Positions 27,132-39,688 of a DNA stretch of 64,000 nt are shown piece after piece. Source of the stretch: Nymphaea colorata (taxonomy: Eukaryota); NCBI RefSeq assembly GCF_008831285.2, contig NC_045138.2:27404001-27468000 (forward strand). Reading direction: 5' to 3'. Both the position numbers and the translations under genes were made by a program. The notes below the pieces were generated by a model. That model was not told the DNA's origin and did not search any database. It saw only the letters and a program-made list of their open reading frames with translations. How positions within the stretch are numbered: the stretch's first letter is position 1; every line of letters begins with the position of its first letter.

Positions 27132-30100
27132 CTAGCAACGCAAGAAAAGGCAGACTGCTGAACAATCGTCCATTTTTGAAGATGGGAACCGGCTCCTCCA
27201 TTCATGCACTGCAGCCTCCACTACCATTTTTGCAGCCATTTCTCTGCTCCGTGCAGACCAAACAATAGATGCTACTTGTTTGTTGCTCAGGACATCCCAT
27301 ACCTGCGTAATTGAAAAGCAGAGTTTGTACTGTATTTATAAGAGAGAAACAGTGACTAAAACCAAGTTTCTGCATTCGTCAGAACACTGTAGTACGTCAT
27401 GAAATGAGCTAAAACTAGAAATCTGCTTGCAGAACATCTCATGTCAGTTATTTTTTTATGCAAACAAGCAAGTTATTTTCGTTACAAAAGACCGTTTCTT
27501 TATCAGGAGAATTCGTGCTTGGGTTTCTCTGGAAAATTTACGTTTGGCTGCCTCAGGTTCCAAGCATCTAAGATAGACTAGACTTTTATGAATTTGATTG
27601 GATGTTGGTATAGTCAAGTTTGTTTAATTTTCATTGCAAATTGCAATATATCCATGTTGATATAGTCAATTTTATTTAATTTTCATCGCAAATTGCCATA
27701 TATCCATTAAGTTTCTTAGCTTCACTTAATTTACTCTCTCTCTCTCTCTTCGCGTCTCCAGTTAACTTTCTGAATTCCTGGACGCCATTTAAGATTCTGA
27801 GCAAACCTAGAGAAATCTGTAGTTTCCTTTATATTTTCCAGAATTTTGCCGTAACATTTTTGAGAACTGTAGCTTACCCCATCGGTCGCAAGGATGATGA
27901 ACTGATCGGCGGAGGTGAGTCGCCGGTAAGAGACCTGAGGAACTGCAATTATCCCGAAACTTTTTAGGCGAAAATCTCCGAAGGCTCTGGCCATGGCCAA
28001 CCCTGGGTAGTTGTCATTGGGTAGCCACACTCTTTGCACCTTAGGCTCATCGGGCAGGGCAAATATCCGGCCATTGCACCGTTTTATACGCTCTGCTTCT
28101 TCTGCAAGTGCATTCGTGCATACCTCACGTTAGAGTAGTTTGCTGTGGAAATAGTCGTATATATGCACCACCAAAATTCTCTCAGAAATGTTTTCCACTC
28201 TCAGCTTTCCAAAGAAAAGCGAGGCACACCAAACGAGAAGATGCACAAAAGAAACAGCATGCAAACGCATCAAACAAGCGACTTCTTTCCCTTCAGACCT
28301 CTATAAATTTCGAGATGACAGGAAAACCACTCTTGGGACACAAAACCCAGTTGCAGATTTTGACCTGAAGCTTGAACTCATAAGAAATTCAAAACTTTAT
28401 GATGGATTTATCATTTAGATAATTTAAAAATTGCAAAGACTTGTAACATCTACATCCAAGACAGGCTGAAGATGTGGTATAATGGATCTAAACCCACCTC
28501 AAAACTGCCTTTTAGATGTACCAAGAAACACTATGAACTAGGAAAGCCCATATAATTTGAAACACGGCTTATGAGTTACTGAAGATTTCTCAAAACATAT
28601 AATACATCATTATTTTCAAGCTTTCTTACTCATTTGAAGCTTTACATACTATTATTGTAGTTCACTTTTCAAGGTCACAACAATAACTACAAATTATTGT
28701 TTTCTCAAAAAAAGTTGTTGTTGAATAAGTGCAGGACCAGACCAATGACCATGGAAACCAGCAATTCATCTCCTCCCCATACGAATGTGGGGCTAAAGCA
28801 GAAAAGCATATAGTAGTTAATTGGGTCCCATCCTCATGTGGATATATGCGGTCTGGGCCCAAATTAAGATCCAGTGCCCGGTGGACCCGGTTCATGACCA
28901 TGTTGTGCTGGATCCACTATCACTACAAAGATGCCCTAATTATGAAAAGCTCCAAAGGAATATTAGGGCTTACGTGGCACGCTTGGCTTGAGGTCAGTGG
29001 TCAACTGGATCGCGGTCAAAGCCCCATCTTCCGAAATTGTCCCCAGCACAGCTCTTGAATCTCCAAGGTTGGCAACGATCAGGTCATCGCCCTGCTCACA
29101 TTTTAACCCTTGCAAGCATAAGTTGCAAAAATATGCACATACATCACAAGAATATTGGAGTATAAACTTTGAGAAATGAGAAGAAAAACCCTTTTTTAGG
29201 GGCGTAAAACTAGGAATATACAATGAGCTTGTTGAGCTCGAACTCGGCTCGAGTCACATATTGCTCGTGCAGGTTATGACACTATAACAACCCAATCTTG
29301 TGCAGGCTAGGATTAGATCCTTTGCTCTCTATCATTCTTGGTGATTCATCCTGTGGCCTTTGGGAATTGAACCTTGACACAAGAACAGGCCCCCCCATGA
29401 CAGAAATTCCACTGTGATAGATTCCCACTCACATAATTCCAGCAAACAGGTCCCTTTCCACAGTGGATTTCTCATCAGTCCTTCCTGTTCTCAAGGCAGC
29501 TTTTTGAGGGAGTGGAATTCCTCATTCCACATTCCTTCCTGATTGATGAGTGACCAACTGCATCTGGAACTCGTTTGAGAATGAGAATGTCCTCATGGAA
29601 ATTGACATCCATAAGTGTGTAACTATTTGATGAATATGCCCTAAAGATTGAGACGAATTCATGAAACGCTTGTCTCGAGTCTGTTTATCGATACCATGAT
29701 TTCCTGATACCTGACAGAACGCGACACGACACCGGGGTTGAGAGTGAGTGTCCCTGTGACATAGCCTTCATGGACCCGAGAAGGAAAGGAAGAGTACCTG
29801 CTTGATGATAGTGACTGCAGTTGTGCCACTACATGAGAAGTCCATGGCTTGCTGAAGCCTGAGCTCCTTGTCCATCATCATGAAGGCCTTGAACAATGAC
29901 TCCTTCCAAACATCAAAGGCTGTGGAGGAATCAGTGACCATCTTCCCTTCTGCCCCTTCATGGGCAGCCCACTGCCTCCATTGCCTCAGCAGCACTGCAG
30001 GCAGCCAGTCCCTCACTCTTTTGCTCACATGGTGACCATGGTGCCCATGACCATCAAACACCCCACAAAATGCTCCCCCTCCAGTTGCATAATCCTTCAA

Positions 30101-30607
30101 ATAAAATAACAAAGTTGCTTTTGTTAATATGTATATGTATGTATATGTATGTGCATGTGTGTGTGTGTGTGTGTGTGTGTAGAGAGAGAGAGAGAATTCT
30201 CCTGTTGGGCATTTCATTGAAGGAAAGCATCTGTGTCTGTAACTGAGAACAGAAGACCACTAAAAACAGCAGATTGTTATGTTGGAATAGCGATTTAGTT
30301 GCATTCAAACGTATTTGAAAAATTAGGAGATATATTTAGAGATGCCCATCAAAAGCCATCCTGACATCTTCAAAACTGTTTCAGCCTTTCAGGTCTCAAT
30401 GATTCCCTGTAGATTCATCCGTTCTATGTTTTATCACTTCTTCTACCAAGTTTGTTTTGGAAGCTTATAAAGCTTTTCGAAAAACAGAGCCATCTTTCTG
30501 AAAGAAAATCGAGAAATTCAACTATCCTTGAAAATCGGAAGAACTCCCCTCTAGAAATTCAATTATCCTCGAAAATCAGGAAGAACTCTGGGAGAAAGGG
30601 AGGGAAG

Positions 30608-30649
<42 letters not shown>

Positions 30650-30868
30650 GCAGAATACAACAGCGTCTTGGTTGGGGCCTTTCTTGCCTTGTTGGGAGTA
30701 GAGGGACACATAATGAGGTAGTTGGCCGCTACAGCAGATCCTCCTCCCTCCTCCTCCGCTGCTCGCATCTCTTTTTTGAGCTTCTTCTTCATCAGCCGAC
30801 CATGAATTCTCCTTTGGCACTCCGTGACAGTAGTCTCCGAACTTTCCTGCAGAGATGCAAGCACCCAT
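27132..30868 (-). CDS. Protein phosphatase 2C (clade E-like, N-terminal MGACIS acylation motif), about 343 aa
   Basis: Exons 30868-30647, 30094-29798, 29091-28974, 28101-27878, 27302-27132 (1032 nt). PP2C motifs NQD, GVFDGHG, SGTTA, ANLGDSRAVL, GLAMARAFGD, LATDGVWDV and DDCSAVCL. Confidence 0.95.
29198..29695. mobile_element. Cluster of degenerate nested element fragments in PP2C intron 2
   Basis: hAT-like start TAGGGGCGTAAAAC with GAGCTCGA/GGCTCGAG motifs. A tRNA B-box-like GGTTCAATTCCC on the minus strand at about 29362-29373. A Tourist-like end ...GAATATGCCCTAA at about 29644. Confidence 0.4.
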
Positions 30869-32749
30869 GCCACCTTCCTTCAACAGCCAGCAACCATCTC
30901 AAATTCAATGAGTTCTTTGAGTTCAAAAGAGAATAGCAATATATATGGAGGAAGCCAAAAGCGATTCAACTGGTTGCCGAACAATCGATTGAAGGCCCCA
31001 TCGGCTCACTGTTTTGAAAACCATTTGAAAATAAACTGCACGAGCAAAAGAACAGGAAGAAAGGAGGAAAACAGCCAAAACTTGCTAAAAGTAAAGCGGA
31101 AAGAGGAACGAAGGTAGAATTGTATAACATCAAAGATCATTGACAAGAATGGGCTCTGCTTTTATTGAAATTTGAAAGTTCATACCTGTAAGAAAGCTAG
31201 ATTCAAAACAAAGCATATTGTTCATTTGTATATTTGAAAATCATTTCTCTCGCAGATATCTTTCTACCTGTAAGAACTCAGTAGAAACTTTTGCACCGTC
31301 TTCCTTACGATTTCCTGTAACACAAACAGCAAAATATTTTACTATGGTAAAAGTGGCAGTTGCCTATAACATTATATTTAATTCAAAACAAGAACTAAAG
31401 TGAAACTCAAAAGCCCAACTCTAGATTTTACAAGTTTCAGATTCATGTAAGATAAATACACAAGAAATCGTATCCTGTTGAAAAAGCAGCACCGGGAAAG
31501 ACCGACATTCTAAAGGCATAACCAAAACCATTTAGATCTCTAGTAGAATTCTGAAATACCAATTTTTTCAAGTTGCAGGTCTCAGACAAACTTCTTTTAG
31601 GCATATTTCGTGTAAACTACCCAAGAATCAACTTATGTGCTAAAAGCAAACACGTCTCTCTACATATTTATCATGCCTGCCATGTAGACCTTGACTTGAG
31701 GGATATATACGCTTATTATGTGCATTCATGAAATATTAGGTGGGCCATGACCATCCATTTGGGGCCATCAACCTTGAATGCATAAAAATTGACATGTGAA
31801 GGGTCCCTTCACTAATATATATATATATATGTGTGTGTGTGTGCGTGCGTGCGTGAGTGTGAGAAAGAGAAAGACCCAACCATCTAACCAGGACAGTTTG
31901 ATAACTTTAAATAACCAGAATCATCGTTCACTCACTATATATATCATATATTTCCAAGGTTAATGGTTTAGTATGATATGATATGGTCTTGTAAAACATT
32001 CGTGAACAAAAAAGGTTCCTTGTCATCAGAATCCTTCCTTATCATTACCCACCAAATGCATGGGGTCCCAAAAGCAGCAATTGTCATCTTCCTTTTGTTT
32101 ATGAAAGTTTTTCCAGGGCCCCCACCATCTATAGCTTTGAGGGCAATATTCATTATTTGAAGGCATATCTTCATTATTAGGTTTACCTAACTTTGTATTT
32201 AATTGTATTGAATGTGACCCACATTCACAGCTTGAAGTTATTCTTACCTCTTCAACATCTTCAAGAAGGATGAACTTTTCAGAGCACCTTGTTCACTTAG
32301 TGGATTTGGAAAAGAAGTGGTTAGATGTTAATTTTTGCAAGTGTGCAAGATTTTCCTCTTATTTGAAACAGAAGAGAACTTACCTTGGTTTTATGTAACT
32401 AAGCATATTAAAAAAAATGTAATTAGCTTAAGAGCCACTCTTATTATGTATAATCACGCCGATCATCCTCGAATGATTGCGTTCGAGTTCCTAAATTAGG
32501 GATTTGTTGGCAACAACATGAATTCAAATGTCAGTCAATATCTTATCATGGACAAATTAGAGATGTCATCATTTGCCCATGCTTATTTCTTGAAGCAAAT
32601 TTAGTTTGTTGGGGATGGCATCTAACACATTGACACTGCCTACATTGTGGGTATTTGCATAAATAAAAAAACATTTTTGTATTCCAGAAAACAATTATAC
32701 ATAGAGTTGCACATAATTAAATAAGCAATTAGAACAAGTTAACTTACAT

Positions 32750-32756
<7 letters not shown>

Positions 32757-32820
<64 letters not shown>

Positions 32821-32828
32821 GAAAGAGA
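32757..32828. repeat. Compound (AT)n(AG)n microsatellite
   Basis: Visible directly. Further long (AT)n runs lie at about 33397-33483, 33829-33886 and 34350-34418 (the last with ATTT units). Confidence 0.9.
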
Positions 32829-33395
32829 GCACCAAAGCTTCCCCTTCTTTCCTCTTGCCTTCATGTTGTGTTCATGTCTTGTGAGTAAACATTTGAAAGG
32901 TAAGAATGAAATATTCCTAAATTATGATTTACGTACTATACAATTATTTTGGTTTATTTACGGCATTTTTTCAATATTTCAGGGAACAGTTTGTAATTAT
33001 TCAACAAATGGTCCAGCATTTATAATCACAAAAGTTAAGGAGAAGAAGCATTTATATACCGTTGAAAGGATTGGAAGTTTCTGAATCACATTAATTCAAG
33101 CCTATCCCAAGTTCGTGATGTGGGACCCTTTTTTTTTCCAAAATCTTAAATTATTGGAAAAAAAGGTAAAGCTTTTGCCTATCATTGACCCGCGGTTTTG
33201 AACAAATGCGGGACTAGTTTTAGGCTAAATTAATTATTATTGGTTGCATTCATTATTGAATGAGCGATATATCTTTTAATTAAAAGATCAGATAGCCACT
33301 TTATAGGAATAACAACGTTTGCTTTAGAAAAAAGCAAAAGTCAATCACATTTAATAAATTATTTTATCCAAATTGTCGAATAGCTTGTAAAATTA

Positions 33396-33485
<90 letters not shown>

Positions 33486-33824
33486 AATGGCGATTCTGAT
33501 TTTTTAACATTTTCATCGTCTATAGCTTTTTTTTCTTTTATCTTTTATATATATATATATATATATACTTTTTCAACTTAGTGCTAACACGTTAATGTGC
33601 TTGTACCAATTTTTTTTGGCACTGTTAGTGGGTGACGTTATCACCCAAAAAAGGCGCTTTGGGGCCTTCTTTACATGTCCTATCAAATTGTTCCTAGGTC
33701 ATATCTACATTGTCAGATAACAATCATGCATATATTAATTTATTCATTTCATATTATCTGGTTTTGTTCCCATCTTATGATATATCAAAAATATCTAGTT
33801 TCTCTCCTAGCTTATATGTATTAC

Positions 33825-33892
<68 letters not shown>

Positions 33893-34347
33893 AATAAAAG
33901 GTCAGAGTTCACAAATTTTGAATTTCTCGTCAATTGTGAGAAACTTCTTAGTAGACATTTTTTTTCTATTGACATGATTGGAAGTCTGCTCAACCATGGT
34001 AGGCAGTTGGGACTATAAAAAAAAAAAAAGGGAAAAAGACCAACTGTGTAGTTCATTGGAAGGTTGCACATCAGAAAAGTTATCTTAGGTCAGATTGGCT
34101 CACATGGGATAAAAAGAAAGGGTGATCTTACATCCCATCTTCGGCTAACTTTGTTTGACAAATATACCCTGAAATGTTTGAGCTGAATTTTGACTTTTGA
34201 TCCTAGGTAGTAGCTTATCATGTGGCTCATGTCATCTACTCCTTAAAATCAGATGTGATTTAGAAAAAGTGATGTACACCATTCAATTTATGCTACTTTT
34301 TCCCCCTCTAGATATTCCATTTTATTGGAAATATAGGTTCTGCTAAT

Positions 34348-34416
<69 letters not shown>

Positions 34417-34799
34417 TTTTTGTTTATATATTTACTAAATTATGATTCTAGATGCATTATACATCAAAACAAGGTCGTCCATCTAAACCACCCTTAAATT
34501 GTCAGATATTACTTTTAAGTCTGGCTCCTCACCCACCACCACTGGCGACCTGCCAGAGGGAAGGAAGAGACTCAGTGCCTCCCCTGCATGAAATTTTATG
34601 CACTATTTTAATAATGACAATAAATGTCTATGGGTAATACAAAGAGAAACTTTTGTAGGGACAAAAAAAAGAAACCACAAAAAAGATTTGGGAATTCGAT
34701 AAAGGTAAAATTAGTCAATCTTGTATATGCATATCATTATGACCAATATACCCTTCTAAGCAGTAAAAAGACGTTTTCGTTCTTTTGTCCCCATCATAG

Positions 34800-35065
34800 T
34801 GTTATCTCATTATCTAATAAATATTTTATTAGTTCATACTTATATTTAACATTATCTCATATATATGTATGTTATTTTATTATCTCAAACATGATCTCAT
34901 ATTTATGTCTAGTGTTCTCTCACGCATCTGTTTGTTATCTCATAAATTATTTGTTATTTCATAAACATTATCTCATACTTATGTTTAGTGTTATTTCATA
35001 CATTTGTCTGATATTTCACTATCTCATAAATATTTGTTATTTTGTACTTATTTGTTATCTCATGC
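34800..35065. repeat. Degenerate minisatellite rich in TTATCTCAT
   Basis: About seven TTATCT motifs plus variants, with larger AAACAT.ATCTCATA.TTATGT.TAGTGTT units recurring at about 80-bp spacing. Confidence 0.65.
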
Positions 35066-35645
35066 ACATGTATATACACTGTATTGACATAAAAGTAAAT
35101 ATGCATATTGATAATAGGGTCCACATCTAATATACACTAGTTATATACACGAAGAGATGTATGGAACTTATTCTCGTTTGTGTGTTTGAATGGTATATAG
35201 AAAATGGCATTTTGCAAAACACCCAAGGAAGAAGCGTGTAAGATTATTTATTCCCTTTTGTAATGACTATTTTGCCAGAACATGTCTATCATCTAAACAC
35301 GCCCTAAAAGAAATTTATCAATCTCAAAAATGTCATTGAGGGACTCAAAGAGTTTTATAAATTAGAAACACGGTTTTGCGATGAAAGCTTCAACTAGTGG
35401 AGGTTTAATATTATCATACTGACCTAGATTACATATTGAATGAAGTCTTATATAACAAATAATCCCTCCATGTGTGTGAGGGAGAGAGAGAGAAAAAAAG
35501 TGTGTATTGGTTCTTTGGGGGTATAACATTTTGAAATAATGAATTAAAAAAATGCATCATATCTCTCTTCTAAATGAGAAACAACTATCTAATAACACAC
35601 CATTACACCAGAAACAAATATGCTATGAAATCACTCTATCTTGTC

Positions 35646-35819
35646 TGTAACAATCTGACTCACTTCCACATCGGGTTCAAATCCCTAGTGCACCGAACTC
35701 GACCTGCCCCCTACCAACATAGGTTTCAACTAAAAAAGACTAAGAATCTAGACAACCAACTAGTTAACAACCCCCTATATAAGTCCCTTAAGTTTCTTTA
35801 CAATATTAGATACATCACA
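35646..35819 (-). mobile_element. Probable short (TRIM-like) solo LTR
   Basis: 174 bp bounded by TGTAACA...CATCACA (TG...CA). Internal TCCACATCG and TATATAAG. Flanks TTGTC / TCGTG match at only 3 of 5 positions. Confidence 0.4.
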
Positions 35820-36983
35820 TCGTGTTTACTTTCTAATTTAGATTTAGTTTCTTGTGCAGAAAGAAACCAAAACCAGTTGAAAGATAAAATAACTAAGTTA
35901 ATGCCTTCTACTTGCTTTTCACTTAATCATAGAGCAGAAAAGTAGGTGTACCAAGTGCTCTGTAAAGTAGGGAACATGAGTTTGTGGCTGCACTGGAGAA
36001 GAGAGAGCGGTGCAGCCCCTTGTTAGGACCTGACCTTTGTTAGGAACCAGTCACATCCATATTATAAAGCCCTTTTTCTTAACATGATCATTCAGGACAA
36101 GGAAGACCAGGTTTCCTTCACTTTTTAACAGTTTTCTCTAAAGTTTTCTTTTGAGAACCTTAACTTCAGAAGGTTACTGCTGAACCCATGGCAATCCATG
36201 TGGAACTTGTCAGTCAGTCAGTCAGCAACATTTTTTTGTAAGCATAAAATCAAGCATTTCATCTCCTTTGCATGCAAATACATGCATATTTTATGTGTAT
36301 GTATGAGAGAAAAGGTGTTTGAATTTGGATCCTATATGCAATATCTAAATATGAACTGTGATTATATATATATATATATATATATATATCTTGTAAAGTA
36401 CTGACAGGTCATGTGGTTTATTGAAACAAAAGACATGTACATAGTTCAGCTAGAGTTCTCTAATACTATTGAAAATAAAAGAAAAAGGGAACAACACATG
36501 CAATGTCCATAATTTGATCATGGTCAAGTCCAAATTATCTTCTTCCTATTGGAAAGTAATGAGATCTAGAAAGCTGGCAAGTTGGATATCTTTTCATGTT
36601 CAAACCAATGACTACTGCTCTCAAACATTTCTGCGTTGCGTGATTGAATTTGGAGTCCATGATTGTGTTATACACGCTCTGAATCCCTCTAGCTTTTGCA
36701 TGACCTTGTCAATCACTGTCAATACAAAATGACAAAGAGAAAGAAGAAATTAGAAAGCCCCAATAGCTACGTCGATGAGCGAGAAAGAGATCGCGCCAAG
36801 GCTCCATTAGAACCATACATCCAACTACTTTCGCCACCATAAAATTCGTAGTTCATCAAACTAAGGATCTTTTTTTTTTTGGGTCATGAGGAAACTGCAT
36901 CCAGACTTTGTCGCTTGGTAAATAATATAAAAGCCGGAGGTCAGTACCCATGCCCAAGGGCAGAGATAGGTGGGGGTTCCGTG

Positions 36984-37301
36984 CATACATGGGCATTCGG
37001 CCAGCCCAGCCCAATAAGAGTTGGGCCCGGGTTGGCACAATGTCTGATGCTTGAGCCTAGACCTGGCCCAATGCCCAAAACCTGAACGAGTCTAGTCTGG
37101 CTCAATTAAAATAAAAAAAATATTATTTTAAATATAAAATACATTTTTAATAATAAAATATATTTTATTATTAAATAAAAATAATATAAAAATGTACTCG
37201 GAATGAATCAGGCCGGCCCGAGCTGGTCCGATACACTATCGGGCCTGATCGGGCTGGTTGCCGAGTACCCATCAAGTACTCGAGCTCAATGCCCACGCTT
37301 A
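36984..37301. mobile_element. hAT-type MITE family A, nested in a family B element
   Basis: TIRs CATACATGGGCATT / AATGCCCACGCTTA. TSD GTTCCGTG / GTTCTGTG (7/8). AT core TTTTAATAATAAAATATA is shared with the 4578 copy. Confidence 0.85.
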
Positions 37302-37413
37302 GTTCTGTGGGGCATATATCCCGCAAAACCCAATTTGAAACTTTGAATTTACATGTTGGATCTCAACAGACCTATGTCCGGGGCAGCCCCATAAAACCCA
37401 AGTCACTATCTTA

Positions 37414-37799
37414 TGGGCCATTTGATGCATTGGAAATATGAAGTTGGAAAGAAGTTTCCACAAACTTATTTCGGGAATTGAAGAAATGAAAACAAAATCC
37501 AAATTTTCAAAACCTCTTTGTGTTTGTTGTACTTGGGTTTATGAGAATCCAATGGTAACTTTTTAAGCAAGCATTGAGAATTTAATGGTAACTTTTTAAG
37601 CAAACATTGAGAATCCAACAGTAACTTTTTTTTATCTTGAAAATTTTTTTCCACCCCTTGAGATGGAAATAAATTTTCAGAAAAGAACTTTCTGAAAACG
37701 AACCCAACCTTCACTTTTTTCATCCCAAGTTTGAAGGGCAGGAAAAATTTTCAAAAATTTGAATTTTCTTACATGGTATCCTGCCCATCAAATGAGCCC
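37414..37799. mobile_element. Tourist/PIF-Harbinger-type MITE, nested in a family B element
   Basis: TIRs TGGGCCATTTGATG / CATCAAATGAGCCC with TTA on both flanks. Internal 33-bp unit repeated about 2.6 times. Confidence 0.8.
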
Positions 37800-38029
37800 T
37801 TAAAAGACAATTGAAAATTTGTTAATTATACATTTAGTGTCCACGAAAAAAGAAAAAAAATCGTAGCCCCGTGGCCCCATCACCTATGCCTGTTTAAACT
37901 TATGCAAGAAGGTTAATACCCATGGTTAAGGATCTTAAATCATGTCTTTGTCTAACCTTATACTCTATCGATTTCACATTCTGGATATTTAACTTAGCTT
38001 CAATAATGTAGGCTATGATTCTCCGTCAA

Positions 38030-38710
38030 TTGAGATGTCAACGGATCATATTTAAATTGGATGTATATTTTAGCATATTTGTGTCTTTGGATATCTATAT
38101 ATTCTTATTAGAATTTAGACAAAGAAAAATCTATACGATGTCCAAATCCAAGATCTGAATTCATAATCCGAATCCGAATTTTAGCTTAACATCTGAATCT
38201 ACATTCAACATTTAAGCTGAATCTAAACCATGTTACAGACATTGAGTATCAAATATTTTTGAAAACTATATTTGATCCAAATCTGAATATGAACCCAATT
38301 ACTTAAATCCAAATCTGAATCTAATCTGATCATTTTTTAATCCAGACCCTATTGAGTTTGGATTAAAAATCTAAAACCTTACTTTTAAGTTTCAGATTTT
38401 TTTAAAAATGTAAGATTTGAATTATATCAGTTTAAAGTTACCATGATCTAAAATCTCAATTTGGGTGAAATTAAAAAATTAACAAAATAAAACTATTAAA
38501 AATAAGATCAATCAAAAATTAAAAAAAAAACTATTAAAAATATTTCTAAACTGATAAAAGCTCTCATGTGGCTCATTTGAATCTGCCACAAAATCAAATC
38601 AGTTTGCCATATCGCTCCGAGCTGTTTCTAGTAGCACTGATCCATCTTGGGTGTACCATATCCAACCTCCTTCAGGTTTCGACTCTGAACCATCCATCTT
38701 AGGAGCCTTA
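38030..38710. mobile_element. Degenerate hAT-like MITE with ATCCAAATC/ATCTGAAT motif arrays
   Basis: Begins GAGATGTCAACGGATC with many ATCC(A/G)AAT motifs. The right end and TSD were not resolved. Confidence 0.45.
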
Positions 38711-38995
38711 AACAATGGCCGACCATCTAAACAGTCAAAGAAATTTTTAAAGAAATCTGACCAATGGGCTGTTATCTTAACCATTCATAAAGGGTCATTT
38801 GGTAATAAAAATAATTTATAATTGTTTTATAAATATGTTTAAAAATTTGAAGTAGATTCATGAAATACTTTGTTTTATGAATCGTTTCGATCTTTGAAAC
38901 ATATTTACGATACAAATTGTTCTCTTTGCCAAACAACCCAAACAACCCAAGGTATAATAGCGCCATTCCCATAATTGGTTGTCATCAGTTCGATG

Positions 38996-39167
38996 CACTA
39001 GTAGAGCTAGAAATTTTGACTAGTGCAAGCACTAATTCAATAAATTTTAGGAGCACCTATATATACCAACACTAAAATATATCAAATTGGTAATGTAAAA
39101 ACAAATAACGTTTGTGATTGCCCACAGTGATTGCCCACACCAATCATCATGTGGTTCCGCCACTCGG
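38996..39167. mobile_element. Small hAT-type MITE (CAGTGGCGGAACCA-like termini)
   Basis: Right end TGGTTCCGCCACTC. Flanking 8-mers GTTCGATG / GTTTGATG (7/8). Shares TGCCCACACCAATCA with a related copy at about 3825-3975. Confidence 0.6.
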
Positions 39168-39224
39168 GTTTGATGCCATCCAATCAAAGATGGAGAGGAG
39201 ATTGTGTTTGTGATTAGACTCAAA

Positions 39225-39294
39225 ACTGGGTTCAGATCAACAGTGATTATAGATCTCTTACTGGGTTCAGATCAACAGTGATTATAGATCTCTT
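39225..39294. repeat. Perfect 35-bp tandem duplication
   Basis: ACTGGGTTCAGATCAACAGTGATTATAGATCTCTT occurs twice in tandem. Confidence 0.95.
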
Positions 39295-39688
39295 GCTTGA
39301 AACATGAATGAATTACATTCCCTCAAGAATCTTTAAGTCATGAACTTGCAAAACTATGGATCTAATCGTTCCATGGAATTTGAGATTTGGGATTATAAAA
39401 TTCCCTCAAGTGCACCCGCATTTCTTATAATTGCATTTATTATAATCAGTATATATATATATATACGTATGTTAAAAATAACAACGAAAATGCACAAGAT
39501 CAGTGTAAAACAGCAAAATTTTCTGAATTATAATATAAACTTTTTCAACTTTTAGCCTTTTAGGCCCTGGGAAAAGCCAGGAAGAGAAAGAGAAGGTGAT
39601 CTTCCGTATGACATTACTTCATATTCATAGGGGAGAAGAAGCGGCACATGTCGACGGCCTCTAGACTCCTTTCACGGAAAAAGCTCAC

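Noticed and set aside
34624..35130. 168-aa hydrophobic ORF
   Set aside because: A product of the AT-rich TTATCTCAT repeat.
35664..35690. TTCCACATCG as an snRNA USE, or GGTTCAAATCCC as a tRNA B box
   Set aside because: No correctly spaced TATA, snRNA body or cloverleaf. The motifs lie inside a TG...CA-bounded LTR-like element.
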